DNA from: Macrostomum lignano
Lineage: Eukaryota
Assembly: GCA_002269645.1 (NCBI GenBank)
Contig: NIVC01001389.1
Span: forward strand, 62,001-126,000
DNA length: 64,000 nt
Direction of reading: 5' to 3'
The position numbers and the translations under genes are program-made. Below, piece by piece: positions 1 to 12,200 of the stretch (the stretch's first letter is position 1; each line of letters begins with the position of its first letter). The notes below the pieces were generated by a model, which had not been told where the DNA came from, ran no database searches, and saw nothing but the letters and a program-made list of their open reading frames with translations.

Positions 1-625
1 GTTTTACAATTCTCCATCATCTACCCAGATTCCTGCCCAGTCAAGGACCCGCGGCCCTTGTCAGCACTGATTGGGGAGGGGGGATGAGGCTGCCAGACTC
101 CTCCCAGATCGAGTCCGGGCAATTTTAGAGGCGAAAACTCGTGGCGGCTTTAACGAAATTTGAGTTGCGGCCCGACTTATTCATTCTCCCGCCTCTAATG
201 ATTTGAGACGAGCCAGCCCAGTTGATGAAGCTGCTGCTGAGAGGCTGGGGGAGGCTGCGCAGAGCTGATGGGGCAGCTCTAGCAAGGCCGCACTTGGCAC
301 ACTGAGGAGCAATGATTGACACATTCGCTGATGATCCGTGAAATGTGGATCCGGGAGTTGTGAAGTCCTCAACTGTTGCAATGAGTTTGGCGTATCATTT
401 GGAATGGCTTTGGACAGTGGCCAGCCCATTAGAGAGGTGTGCGCACGAGAATGAGGGGGGGGGGGCTGCACGCTTGACAGGCGTGAGATTGGAGGGTGGG
501 AAGTCAGGAAATGCAACCGGGATGATGACAAAACGATGCTGGGATAGAGGATAAATTGGGAAAAGAGGAGAAGAAGAGGAGAGAGGAGATCGGAGACTAG
601 ATACAGTAAAGGAGAGAGGAGAGAG

Positions 626-1295
626 ATGCGAGATATAGGAGAGGGAAGATGGGAGATAGGAGAGAGGAGAGGTGAGGGAGGAGAGGGGAGAGAGGATGGA
701 AAGAAAGGAGAAGGAGAGAGTGGAAAGAAGAGAGGGGAGAGAGTGGGGAGAGAGAAGGGAGAGAGGAGAAGGGAGAGAGGAGAAGGGAGAGAGGAGAAGG
801 GAGAGAGGAGAAGGGAGAGAGGAGAAGGAAGAGAGGAGAAGGGAGAGAGGAGAAGGAAGAGAGGAGAAGGGAGAGAGGAGAAGGGAGAGAGGAGAAGGAA
901 GAGAGGAGAAGGGAGAGAGGAGAAGGGAGAGAGGAGAAGGGAGAGAGGAGAAGGGAGAGAGGAGAAGGGAGAGAGGAGAAGGGAGAGAGGAGAAGGGAGA
1001 GAGGAGAAGGGAGAGAGGAGAAGGGAGAGAGGAGAAGGGAGAGAGGAGAAGGGAGAGAGGAGAAGGAAGAGAGGAGAAGGGAGAGAGGAGAAGGGAGAGA
1101 GGAGAAGGGAGAGAGGAGAAGGGAGAGAGGAGAAGGAAGAGAGGAGAAGGGAGAGAGGAGAAGGAAGAGAGGAGAAGGGAGAGAGGAGAAGGGAGAGAGG
1201 AGAAGGAAGAGAGGAGAAGGGAGAGAGGAGAAGGGAGAGAGGAGAAGGGAGAGAGGAGAAGGGAGAGGGGAGAAGGGAGAGTGGAGAGGAGGGAC
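626..1295. repeat. Purine-rich tandem repeat, unit about AGAGAGGAGAAGGG (14 bp)
   Basis: Direct inspection; the E/R/G-rich and S/P/L-rich ORFs here are repeat translations. Confidence 0.9.
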
Positions 1296-1410
1296 TAGAG
1301 AATCTAATGCAGCTGTGAGTTAAAATGACGCGCACGCGCTGCACGAGTTTGCCGGGCCCAAAGCTGCCCCATTCCGGAGTCCTGCATGGTCGGCCCTCCC
1401 GGATCCGCAG

Positions 1411-4400
1411 ATTTCCCTGTCGGTCCGCAACACGGGCCACGACATCGAGATCCGGCTGGGGTCGGAGCGGCTGGTGCTGTCGCAGGGCCCGCTCTCCTAC
1501 TCCTACACCATCTTCGGCGCGTTGATCAAGTTTGGTTCCAGATCGGACCGCGGCTCCGACCACTGGATTGACTCCAGGGCCTTTCCCGGCGAGGTGGGAC
1601 AGACATTTCTGCTGCTGACTCATTTCTGCTCCTGACTCATTTCTGCTTCTGACTCATTTCTGCTCCTGACTCATTTCTACTTCTGACTCATTTCTGCTCC
1701 TGACTCATTTCTGCTTCTGAATAATTTCTGCTCCTGACTCATTTCTACTTCTGAATAATTTCTGCTCATGACTCATTTCTGCTTCTGAATAATTTCTGCT
1801 CCTGACTCATTTCTGCTCCTGACTCATTTCTGCTCCTAACTCATTTCTGCTTCTGACTCATTTCTGCTTCTGAATAATTTCTGCTTCTGACTCATTTCTG
1901 CTTCTGAATAATTTCTGCTTCTGACTCATTTCTGCTTCTGAATAATTTCTGCTCCTGACTCATTTCTGCTTCTGACTCATTTCTGCTCCTGACTCATTTC
2001 TGCTTCTGACTCATTTCTGCTTCTGAATAATTTCTGCTTCTGACTCATTTCTGCTTCTGAATAATTTCTGCTCCTGACTCATTTCTGCTCCTGACTCATT
2101 TCTGCTCCTGACTCATTTCTGCTCCTAACTCATTTCTGCTTCTGACTCATTTCTGCTTCTGAATAATTTCTGCTCCTGACTCATTTCTGCTCCTGACTCA
2201 TTTCTGCTCCTGACCTTATCTGTTAAAAATCTAGCTGACCCACACTTTGACCCACCGCAGCTCCAGTTCTACGGCTACAACTCGGACCTGTATGAGAACT
2301 ACACGATGGCGCTGAACTCGGCGCACGGAATCGTCGCTCTGTCAGCCTTCATGCAGGTGAGTCAGTTGCTGAGCCTGTACTGCCGCGGCCTCCAGATTCC
2401 CGGCTCTTTGCGCTATAACTCGTTTTCCAACTCTCCCACACAGTTCGGTGACGTCACCACCGTGGACATGACGGCCATCCTGACGGCTACCAAGCGAACT
2501 GTGCTCAAGGGTGAGCGATCATTCGCTGATCATTTTAATAACCCCCTCTGACCAACCACTCTCATGACCCTCTGACCGGCCACTCTTATGACCCTCTGAC
2601 CGGCCACTCTTATGACCCTCTGACCGGCCACTCTTATGACCCTCTGACCGGCCACTCTTATGACCCTCTGACCGGCCACTCTTATGACCCTCTGACCGGC
2701 CACTCTTATGACCCTCTGACCGGCCACTCTCATGACCCTCTGACCGGCCACTCTTATGACCCTCTGACCGGCCACTCTTATGACCCTCTGACCGGCCACT
2801 CTCATGACCCTCTGACCAACCACTCTCATGACCCTCTGACCGGCCACTCTTATGACCCTCTGACCGGCCACTCTTATGACCCTCTGACCGGCCACTCTTA
2901 TGACCCTCTGACCGGCCACTCTTATGACCCTCTGACCGGCCACTCTTATGACCCTCTGACCGGCCACTCTCATGACCCTCTGACCGGCCAATCTTATGAC
3001 CCTCTGACCGGCCACTCTTATGACCCTCTGACCGGCCACTCTCATGACCCTCTGACCGGCCACTCTTATGACCCTCTCACCGGCCACTCTCATGACCCTC
3101 TGACCGGCCACTCTTATGACCATTCTCAAGCCTCCCCGATGACCACTCTCAAGCCTCCCCGGTGACCATTCTCAAGCCTCCCTGGTGATCATTCTCAGGC
3201 CTCCCCGGTGACCATTCTCAAGCCTCCCTGGTGATCATTCTCAAGCCTCCCCGGTGATCATTCTCAGACCTCCCCGGTGACCATTCTCAAGCCTCCTCTC
3301 CTGGTCATTGGAAAATGTCGTCGCCAAGAATTCCCAGCCCCTCTTCACCTCCGCTCTTTGCAGACCAGCGCACGGAAATCCACGGCATCAAAGTCCGCAG
3401 TCTGCTGCCTGAGACCTCCGAGTACATCACCTACGAGGGCTCGCTGCCCTTCCCTGGCTGTCACGAGTCCGTCACGTGGATCATCCTCAACCTGCCTGTC
3501 ACAGTGCGTACGGAAGAGGTACGCAGCTGGGGCCACGGGGCTTGGGCAAGTTTTTCCAGGCGGAGGTGGGCGAGTTGGGACATTCCACCGATCGAGCCCG
3601 GCTGAAGCCCTTCGGTTCGAAAATCCCAGCTGGTTGTCTGGGGTTTGGAGAGATGCCGCAGCTCCGCAGCTGGTTGGAACACCTGGCCAGTCACCTGGCA
3701 TCCCCCAAACTTTTCAATTGGCAAATTTCGATTGCCTTGGCCAGGAGAAGCGTGGCGTGATGTCGGGTCGAGGCGCCCCTCCTTGCCGCGCGTGTTTCCT
3801 GACTGCATTCTTCAAGTTTTCTTTGCCGAGGGATGCTGCCGCAGGAGAAATGGTTCGAGACTCCCGTTTTCTAAGAACTACGAGTAAAAAAGTACATTTG
3901 CGCGAGATTGTCATAATAAAGCAGTGACAGTTTAATCAGGATCAGGTGGAGCAAGTCGGGCAATCTACTTTGAGTAGTCTGAATCGCGCCGACGATTTGC
4001 ACCCTGCTCAGGTATGTGAGCACTGGTGAAGCCACCCATATATTCCCCAACCCTGTCCCGCAGCTGAGCATCCTGCGCTCCCTGCGCATCTCCAGCGTGC
4101 AGACCTCGGCTTACATGGCCGACAATTTCCGGCCAACCCAACTGCTGCACCAGAGAACAGTCAGGACCAACATCCGGCTGAGGAACCGGCTCAAGGATGA
4201 GGTGAAGCCTATCCGCCAGAGATTGAGGAACAATAACTGTCCATTAGTGCTTATGCAGGTCTCAAGTGAGACTGAAGTAGAACTTGAGTAAAGCACTTCA
4301 GTGGGACTCAAGTAGGACTCGAGTAAGGCACTCCAATTAAGACTCAAGGATGACTCAAATAAAACACTCCAATTAGACTCAAGCCAGACTCAAGTAAAAC

Positions 4401-4800
4401 ACTCCCAGTTAGACTCAAGTAGAACTCGAATAAGACACTCCAATTAGACTCAAGTATGACTCAAGTAGAACTCGAATAAGACACTCCAATTAGACTCAAG
4501 TATGACTCAAGTAAAACACTCCTAGTTAGACTCAAGTAGAACTCGAATAAGACACTCCAGACAGACTCCAATCAGGCTGAAGTGAGACTCAAATTCTGCA
4601 ATGAATTCAAAGTTCCAGTGTCATCACATCACTAATTTCGAATTTCCAGGTTGACACTTGCCGTTTCGTCACTCAACACTACTTTCTGGGTGAGTAGTAT
4701 GAGGGGGTTTTAACTTTGATTTACTGACAAATGAATTCTGCTTGTGTACAATAAATTAGATCTAATGATTCCGATTGCAGCCCAGGTGCCAAAGTCTTGA
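1411..4800 (+). CDS. Carbonic anhydrase-related protein (CA10/CA11-like, acatalytic); 5' exons not found in the window
   Basis: GT-AG exons 1411-1593 (VRNTGHDIEI..QGPLSYSY..LIKFGS..GSDHWIDSRAFPGE), 2261-2356 (LQFYGYNSDLYENY), 2444-2510, 3364-3518 (LLPETSEYITYEGSLPFPGCHESVTWII), 4064-4201 (MADNFRPTQLLHQRTVRTNI), and probable 4650-4689 and 4781-4800 (stop). Phases join in frame; the motifs match the alpha-CA/CARP family. AATAAA at 5024. Confidence 0.88.
1604..2213. repeat. Intronic 17-bp minisatellite (CATTTCTGCT[C/T]CTGACT, variant ..CTGAATAA)
   Basis: Fills the CARP intron between exons 1411-1593 and 2261-2356. Confidence 0.95.
2543..3295. repeat. Intronic 24-bp minisatellite (ACCCTCTGACCGGCCACTCTTATG) grading into a related TGACCATTCTCAAGCCTCCCCGG unit
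   Basis: Direct inspection; lies in a CARP intron. Confidence 0.95.
4262..4590. repeat. Degenerate ACTCAAGTAG/ACACTCCAATTAG tandem repeat
   Basis: Repeated GACTCAAG motifs in a CARP intron. Confidence 0.75.
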
Positions 4801-5386
4801 AAGCGTCCGCTCTCAAGAAGTTCGCAGCTTGAAGAAAATCTGCTCCGGGCTGTCAGACCTTCATCAACTGACTAAAACTTTCCTAGAATACTAGCTAAAG
4901 TTTGTCTCTGCAACATCCTATGCGCACAAATACACTGCAGTAGCAATGCATCTCATCAGGTCACCTGGCTCGAAGCAATCTGAGCAAATGAAAACAGAAT
5001 TCACCTTTTGTTGTAAATGCTTTAATAAAGAACTCAAAAAACGGGATGATCAGGTTTACTCAAAGAGTAAACTGGTTCACCGGATGCCTTTGCATCATCA
5101 GAATAAAAGTTCAAGCAAACTCAAGTGTATCACAGTAAAGATCTAGCAAAGTTCTCAAAGATTTTTTACGGAGCTCAGTAGAATTTGTGTAAAATTTGGC
5201 AGGTGTGGTGCATTGCTAAAAATTGCAAAAGGTTTTTTAAGAAAGGACACTGAGTAAAAAAAGCTACAAGTTACTGAATAAAAATAGTGCACTATTTTGG
5301 CCTTCGATTTTAAACAAAGTCACATTCAAGACCATTTCAACTGTAAAACTTTGGACACGAGTCTGTTCTGAAAGACCTCACTTAGG

Positions 5387-6275
5387 TCAGGTGACGAAGG
5401 CCTTGACTGTCGCGAGGATGCCGGTGCCGCACGTCGGGCAGCGGCTGCGGTCGGCGATGCAGGCGGAGCAGGTGCGGAAGTGGGTGCAGGGCAGCAGCAC
5501 CCGGTCTCTGCAGCGCCGCGAGCACAGCACGCACCGATCGCTTGCAGGATCGACCCCGTTGACCTCGCCGTTCGAGCTCGGAGGTGCTCCTGGGGTCGAC
5601 CTGACGGTGGCGACTTGCTGGACGGTCGCCGGAGCAGCTGCTGGAGCGGCGGGAGCGGCGGCTGTCGCTGTTGCTGCCGAGGCTCCAGCCGGCGCCACCT
5701 CCGAAGGCGTCACGAGCCGCAGCAGACTGTCGACGCTGAAGTGGCCGATGACGCGGGCGGAGGCGCCGAACCGGGACTCGCAGTCGTGCAGACAGTCGAT
5801 GAAGCCGCCCGGCTTGTCGGGAAGCTGGCCGCCGTTGAGCATGAAGTGTCTCGTGGCCGCGAAGACGAGGCTGCCGCGGCTGAACCCGAACGACTCCGCG
5901 CTGGCGATGACGCGGCCGAGGCGGTCGAGCTCGCGGGAGAGCCGCTGCAGCGCCCGCCGGCTCCGGTCGGAGCTCGCCGACACCAGGCGAGTCGCATCCG
6001 CGCCGCCGACGGCTCCCAACGCGACGTCAAGCCGGCCGACGCTGCAGTCGGGACTCGCCGCCGCGTGAGCCGCCTCGGGCGACGCCGCGTCCGCGGGACC
6101 TCCGCGCTGCAGTGGAAGCAGCGGAGGCCGCCGCCGCCGTCCGCCGAGAGGCCGGCCGCTGCTGCCGCCTCCGCAGCCTCGGGTCGCCTTCCAGCTCGGA
6201 GGTTCTGCGCGAGGCGCAGGTCGAACAGAGTCTCGGCGGGCCGTCGCGATGCCGTCACGATCAGCAGGAGGGCGC
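5387..6275 (-). CDS. IAP-like protein (degenerate BIR, UBA-like region, C-terminal RING) with one frameshift; first exon not identified
   Basis: C-terminal IAP-type RING CVLC..LLPCTHFRTCSAC..RCPTCG ending KAFVT*. UBA-like AESFGFSRGSL..GGFIDCLHDCE. BIR halves AAAGL..LRCFHC and SPEAAHAAASPDC lie in different frames, switching near 6095. Acceptor tttcag at 6276. Confidence 0.75.
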
Positions 6276-7253
6276 CTGAAATTCAAGATGAAATGCAAGC
6301 AATAAGCAATAAAAAATCGGGTGATTGAATTTTATGGTCGGAGCGTGCAGCGTTGCCATGGTTCTGACAAAGCTTGTCATTGTTGTTGCCAGACACACCC
6401 GCTAATCATGTAATGAGCCAAGTCCCATGCAGGCCTAGTTATTTTTGCACTGCAAAATGCATCATTTAAATACGAGCGTACTCTCCTTGGTGGTTATTTT
6501 TTCGAGTTCTAAAAACTGAAAATGAAACTACGAGCGTACGAGCTTGCAAAACGGTGCAGAGTTTCAGATTTCTTATGCAGTGGACAATCATTTTTCAAAG
6601 AAGTGCAACTGAAATTTTTTAATTGCGTTCACTGCGTTTTTAGCGACTACGCTCGTAATATCGGTCTGTAGCTTGAAAAAATGCAGCGCGGCAGCTGAGA
6701 AACTGCATGTTAAAGAAGAATTATGCAGAGACAAAAAGTCAGATTAGGGCAACACACACACAGTCACAACAATGAGTGACAGTTCTCAGTTACCAATTAC
6801 GTAAACGAGAGCTCCTGCAGCGCTCTGACTCGCCTGTTGAAGCTGCAGAATGCCGTCAGCCAGTCGATGAGACCTCGCATCGCCGAATACCGGCTGGAGC
6901 TGGTCCGATATGGCGGCCGCTGTCGACATGGACTGGGAGAGCTCTGAAAATAGGCGTGTGCCGCGTTGGGTGAATATCTAATGCTAGCTGAGCTATAAAT
7001 AGTCGTAAAATAAATGTACACACGTGGGCGTGCTAGACTGTACAGAATTGTTCAAAAGTAAAGTGGGTGGAAGAACATTGCTATAAAAAGCAGTATACTT
7101 AAAGACAGCTGAGGGCAGTATTTGCACACATGTACTCGCATGTTCATTAGAATGACACGGAAATTAGAATACTGAATGACAGATGTTGTTGTCATTGACT
7201 CAGCACGTTGACTCAGTCTATTATTTTTCAAACCCTTTATTACTGTTTATTGC

Positions 7254-7672
7254 ATTCCTCAGTCGTTCAGTGCGTATTAGTGGGCGTATTCCTCAGTCGT
7301 TCAGTGCGCATTAGTGGGCGTATTCCTCAGTCGTTCAGTGCGCATTAGTGGGCGTATTCCTCAGTCGTTCAGTGCGCATTAGTGGGCGTATTCCTCAGTG
7401 CGCATTAGTGGGCGTATTCCTCAGTCGTTCAGTGCGCATTAGTGGGCGCATTCCTCAGTCGTTCAGTGCGCATTAGTGGGCGTATTCCTCAGTGCGCATT
7501 AGTGGGCGTATTCCTCAGTCGTTCAGTGCGCATTAGTGGGCGTATTCCTCAGTCGTTCAGTGCGCATTAGTGGGCGTATTCCTCAGTGCGCATTAGTGGG
7601 CGTATTCCTCAGTCGTTCAGTGCGCATTAGTGGGCGCATTCCTCAGTCGTTCAGTGCGCATTAGTGGGCGTA
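7254..7672. repeat. 34-bp minisatellite (GTATTCCTCAGTCGTTCAGTGCGCATTAGTGGGC) with shortened variants
   Basis: Direct inspection. Confidence 0.95.
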
Positions 7673-9282
7673 CGGAAATTACCATAGTTGTCAGTTCACC
7701 TATACTAAACCTCACTTCTTACATATATACTCAGCAACATTGAAAGTCGCTACTCCATGCGCCAGTGAGCAGTTTCTCTCGGACTATTTTGAAATAAAAG
7801 ATACGAGAAAACTGAGAGGGTTAGCTTAAATCCGTAAAAACCTCGCACACCGCTCCCCCCACTGTAATCCTCCAGACCTCAACCCGTCTGCCACGTGGCG
7901 TAGCTTAAGTTGCGTCCCTCGCAAGATTGAGAGACTTTACCTGCATTCTCAAAAGTGGCGACCACAGACGGAATCTTGCGTGATAGGGACTTTTCGATAT
8001 TGCTGAGCATGGTAAAAAGCTCGCTTTTAAGCCAACCAGTTGACTAGAAAATTTTTAAAGTTTGCATCATGTTTGATAATATGATATTATCTCAAATATA
8101 ATATTATAATATAGTATAATATAATATAATATTATTATATCAAATTATAATAATATAATATTATCAAACCATATCCTAGTTTTTGCCAGTAATGTGGGAC
8201 ATCTTTCGAGCCTTGCTTGTCTTGTTATGGCCGAAGATTTAGTGACAACTTAAATCCATTTGCTGAAATGCTGACCCAAAACAGCGATAAACTAACAAAT
8301 TAGCTAATTTTAAATCGTAGTTAGTTTTCTATTGTTTGGCTGATTTAGATAGATTTTTGCTTACTTCGGCTAGGTACGAGTATATGGACAAGTAATTCAG
8401 CCATGGAGTCAAAGCGCTCGTATGTGCGTAGTTCACACTTACAATAGAAGTTCTGCTTCGTTCAAGCACTTTCTTAGGGATCTTGAGTAAGTTGCAGTCT
8501 TAGGTCACTCCAAACTCTGCTTCGCTTTCAAGTAGCTCGATTTTATTAGAAACTTGATCCAATTGTATGCTTATAAATAAAGGCATATGTGCAGCATTTA
8601 AGCCTGTCAACTTCGGCTTGCTAAACATTTGAATTGATAAACAACGAGCTTCAGTCTGTGAATCAGCTGCAGTCTTCAAGGTTGAGGAAGGTTGGTCTTG
8701 CCGCTTATATGCAGCCTTTACTGGTTGGTAGTCGATGCAAAGAGAATAAATCTTCAAAATGGGATGCAATTGTCACAGTTGTTGCATAGCGTTGAGTGAC
8801 GCATGATGCAATTCAAGAAAAAATGATGAAACGCATGATTTTACGCAACTTCATTGCAAATTACATACTGGCATGTCTACTACTGGCAGTAGCCGAAAAG
8901 AACTTTATTGTCCACTGTTCTATTTTTAGGCAGAATCGTCACTATAATATCTGCTCGTCCATCCCATGCGCACTCCCGGCGCTTCCATTTTGCTCTGCTC
9001 CACAAGCTGCCCACAGCTGACTGTGCACTGCAGTCCTGACCCGAGCCCGCCTTTTGTACCTTTGCACAGGCGGGCTGACAGGATTTGGTAGAGCCGTGCA
9101 ATGCACAGGGTTAGACAGGACAGGCTGAAGTACTTTCTGAGGCCGGGGTGGCTGCCGCCTGCTGCTTGACTGCCCAACAGAAGCGGATTTATCAGCGCTG
9201 CGGCCAGTTGCGAAAAGCAAAAGCTCAGATTATTTCACTAGAAGACTAGAAGTTCCTTCTTAGCGACACCTGAGCAGCAACA

Positions 9283-12200
9283 ATGCACCGCTCTCTGGCA
9301 GCCGTCCTGCTGATCTGCTTGGCTGCCGCGGCCAGCTCGTCTGCTGAGGATTTGAAATGGGTGCCCATCATGCCGAGCCGGCCGCTGCTGCCGGAGCCCG
9401 GATCACCGGATGCGGCCAAGCACTGGGTGGTGCTGGTGGCCGGCAGCAACACCTGGTCCAATTATCGGCATCAGGTGAGAGGCTGGTCGGCTTTCGAAAT
9501 AACTGGGGAGGGGATACAGAAACAGAATCAAGGGTGAAGGGGCAGTGCTGACCCTGGTGCTGGCGCCCCTGGTGCTGGCGCCCCTGGTGCTGGCGCCCCT
9601 GGTGCTGGCGCCCCTGGTGCTGGCGCCCCTGGTGCTGGCGCCCCTGGTGCTGGCGCCCCTGGTGCTGGCGCCCCTGGTGCTGGCGCCCCTGGTGCTGGCG
9701 CCCCTGGTGCTGGCGCCCCTGGTGCTGGCGCCCCTGGTGCTGGCGCCCCTGGTGCTGGCGCCCCTGGTGCTGGCGCCCCTGGTGCTGGCGCCCTGGTGCT
9801 GGCGCCCCTGGTGCTGGCGCCCCTGGTGCTGGCGCCCCTGGTGCTAGAAAAGCGTGGCCACGCCCCTGGCTGCAATACTAATTCAAATTATCATGATTTA
9901 TCTGAGCACCGTTGTTTCTCTCGAAAATGTTGCTCTGCTGTTCACAGGAACCGGAAGAGCCATGTCGTTTTTCCTATAAACAGTTCTGACTGCTAGTCGC
10001 AAGTCCAATTAGAAATAAGACGATTTTTTACTCCTTGGTGGAAATGGCATGGTTGAAATAAAATCAATAAAACCTTTATCAGAATGCAGATTTCCCCTAT
10101 CCTCTCCAATGGCCACTTCCTTTTCCCCTCCCTTTCCGGCCTCCCTCTCCGAACTTCCCCTGTTCATCTCATCCCCCTTTTACCCCTATCCCTAAACTCC
10201 TTTTCAACCAACCGCAGGCTGACGTGTGTCACGCCTACCAGATCGTGAAGAAGCACGGAGTTCCTGAAAATCAGATCATCACCATGATGTATGACGACAT
10301 TGCGCACAATGTTGAGTAAGTGCTCATATTTTAAACCTCCGACCAATGCACCCTAATCAAATTAACTTTGCTGCTTTAAGACATGCACAACGAAATTTCA
10401 ATCAGGAACCCCACCAAGGGAATCGTGATCAACAAACCGGGCGGTTCCGATGTTTACGGAGGCGTCAAGATTGACTACAAAGGAAAGGTGAGAACTCGCG
10501 CATGTCTTCAAAAAGTCCACAATGACTGCACCTGATCTGACCGCTTAGGTGTCAACGAGTCGCCCCAAACCATCCTTGCAGAAAGTGACTCCAGAGAACT
10601 TTCTGAACGTGCTGCAGGGCAAAGGCAGCGGCAAGGTGCTGAAGAGCGGACCGGACGACATCGTGTTCATCAACTTTGTTGATCACGGGGCCCCTGGTCT
10701 CATCGCCTTCCCGCACGGCGTGGTTCGTAACAGATCAGAGAATCGATGCTTTACTTGTTTTTGTCGCTGTTGCATCTTGTCTCACGATCCCACAACTTTT
10801 TCAGCTGAAAGCGAAGCCGCTGATCGACGCTCTGCAGTACATGCACCAGAACAAGATGTACAAGAAGCTCGTCTTCTACCTTGAGGCCTGCGAGTCCGGC
10901 TCCATGTTTGAAAAACTACTGCCGCCCGGCATCAGTAGTACGTGCATGCGTGTGCTTTGTTTTTTAAAGATTGGGTTGACAAGGAATGTCCATGAGTCTA
11001 AAGGAGTTACGTGTGTAGGAAATCTCTTGTCGCTTAAATTGGTGCGTACCATCTAGAGGCCAGCCCATGAGGCTGCATGACTATATGCTGCGAATGAATG
11101 AATGACCGAAAGACCGAAATACCACGGAAGAAGGTAGCTTGGACGGACCATGACGCGACTATGGAATCCCGTGAATACGTCACAAATGAAAAAAACCAAC
11201 CTTTATTAAGGCCTGCAGCCGCCAATACTGAAACAGTCGCTAAGTCACTATTGCACCACACGCTTTAACATGCTCAGTTTTTGAGCCAGGAGTGTGTAGC
11301 TTCTTAACAAGCTCGCTTAACATTGATCCAGGAGTGCGTAGCTTCTTTACAAGCTCGCTTAACATTGATCCAGGAGTGCGTAGCTTCTTAACAAGCTCGC
11401 TTAACATTGATCCAGGAGTGCGTAGCTTCTTAACAAGCTCGCTTAACATTGATCCAGGAGTGCGTAGCTTCTTAACAAGCTCGCTTAACATTGATCCAGG
11501 AGTGCGTAGCTTCTTAACAAGCTCGCTTAACATTGATCCAGGAGTGCGTAGCTTCTTAACAAGCTCGCTTAACATTGATCCAGGAGTGCGTAGCTTCTTA
11601 ACAAGCTCGCTTAACATTGATCCAGGAGTGCGTAGCTTCTTAACAAGCTCGCTTAACATTGATCCAGGAGTGCGTAGCTTCTTAACAAGCTCGCTTAACA
11701 TTGATCCAGGAATGTGTAGCTTCTTAACATGCTCAGCAATGGATCCCTTAAAAATCTCGCTTAGCATTGATCCAGGAGTTTCTACTCCGCCAAACCATCT
11801 CTCCCATCATCCCACCGCAGTCTACGCCACCACAGCAGCCAACCCGGACGAATCCAGCTACGCCTGCTACTATGACAAGAAACGAGAAACTTACCTGGGC
11901 GACGTCTACAGCGTCAACTGGATGGAGGACACCGACGCCAACGACATCAATCAGGAGTCGCTGGATCTGCAGTTTGCCGTGGTGAAATCGAAGACCAACA
12001 CTAGTCACGTGATGAAGTACGGGGACACGGTGAGCAACCAAATCTGAGGTTTTCGAAGAGTTCGAAGCTTGATCCAGCTATACTAACTCCGAGCCATTCT
12101 CATCACACTTTTCCGATTCTAGTCCCTCGGCAGCGATAAGGTCGGAGAATTCCAGGGCAGCCTGGCTGGCGTCCGGGCTGTCCAATCTGAGACTTCACCG

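Noticed and set aside
181-1623. 480-aa and E/R/G-rich ORFs on both strands
   Set aside because: They are translations of the purine-rich tandem repeat; no domain is evident.
7254-7672. Regularly repeated 34-46-bp units here and at 46642 and 58795 as possible CRISPR arrays
   Set aside because: The units are head-to-tail with no unique spacers, there are no cas genes, and the context is eukaryotic.
9528-9875. (APGAP)n ORF resembling collagen, elastin or silk
   Set aside because: It is a perfect 15-bp DNA repeat without synonymous variation, inside legumain intron 1.
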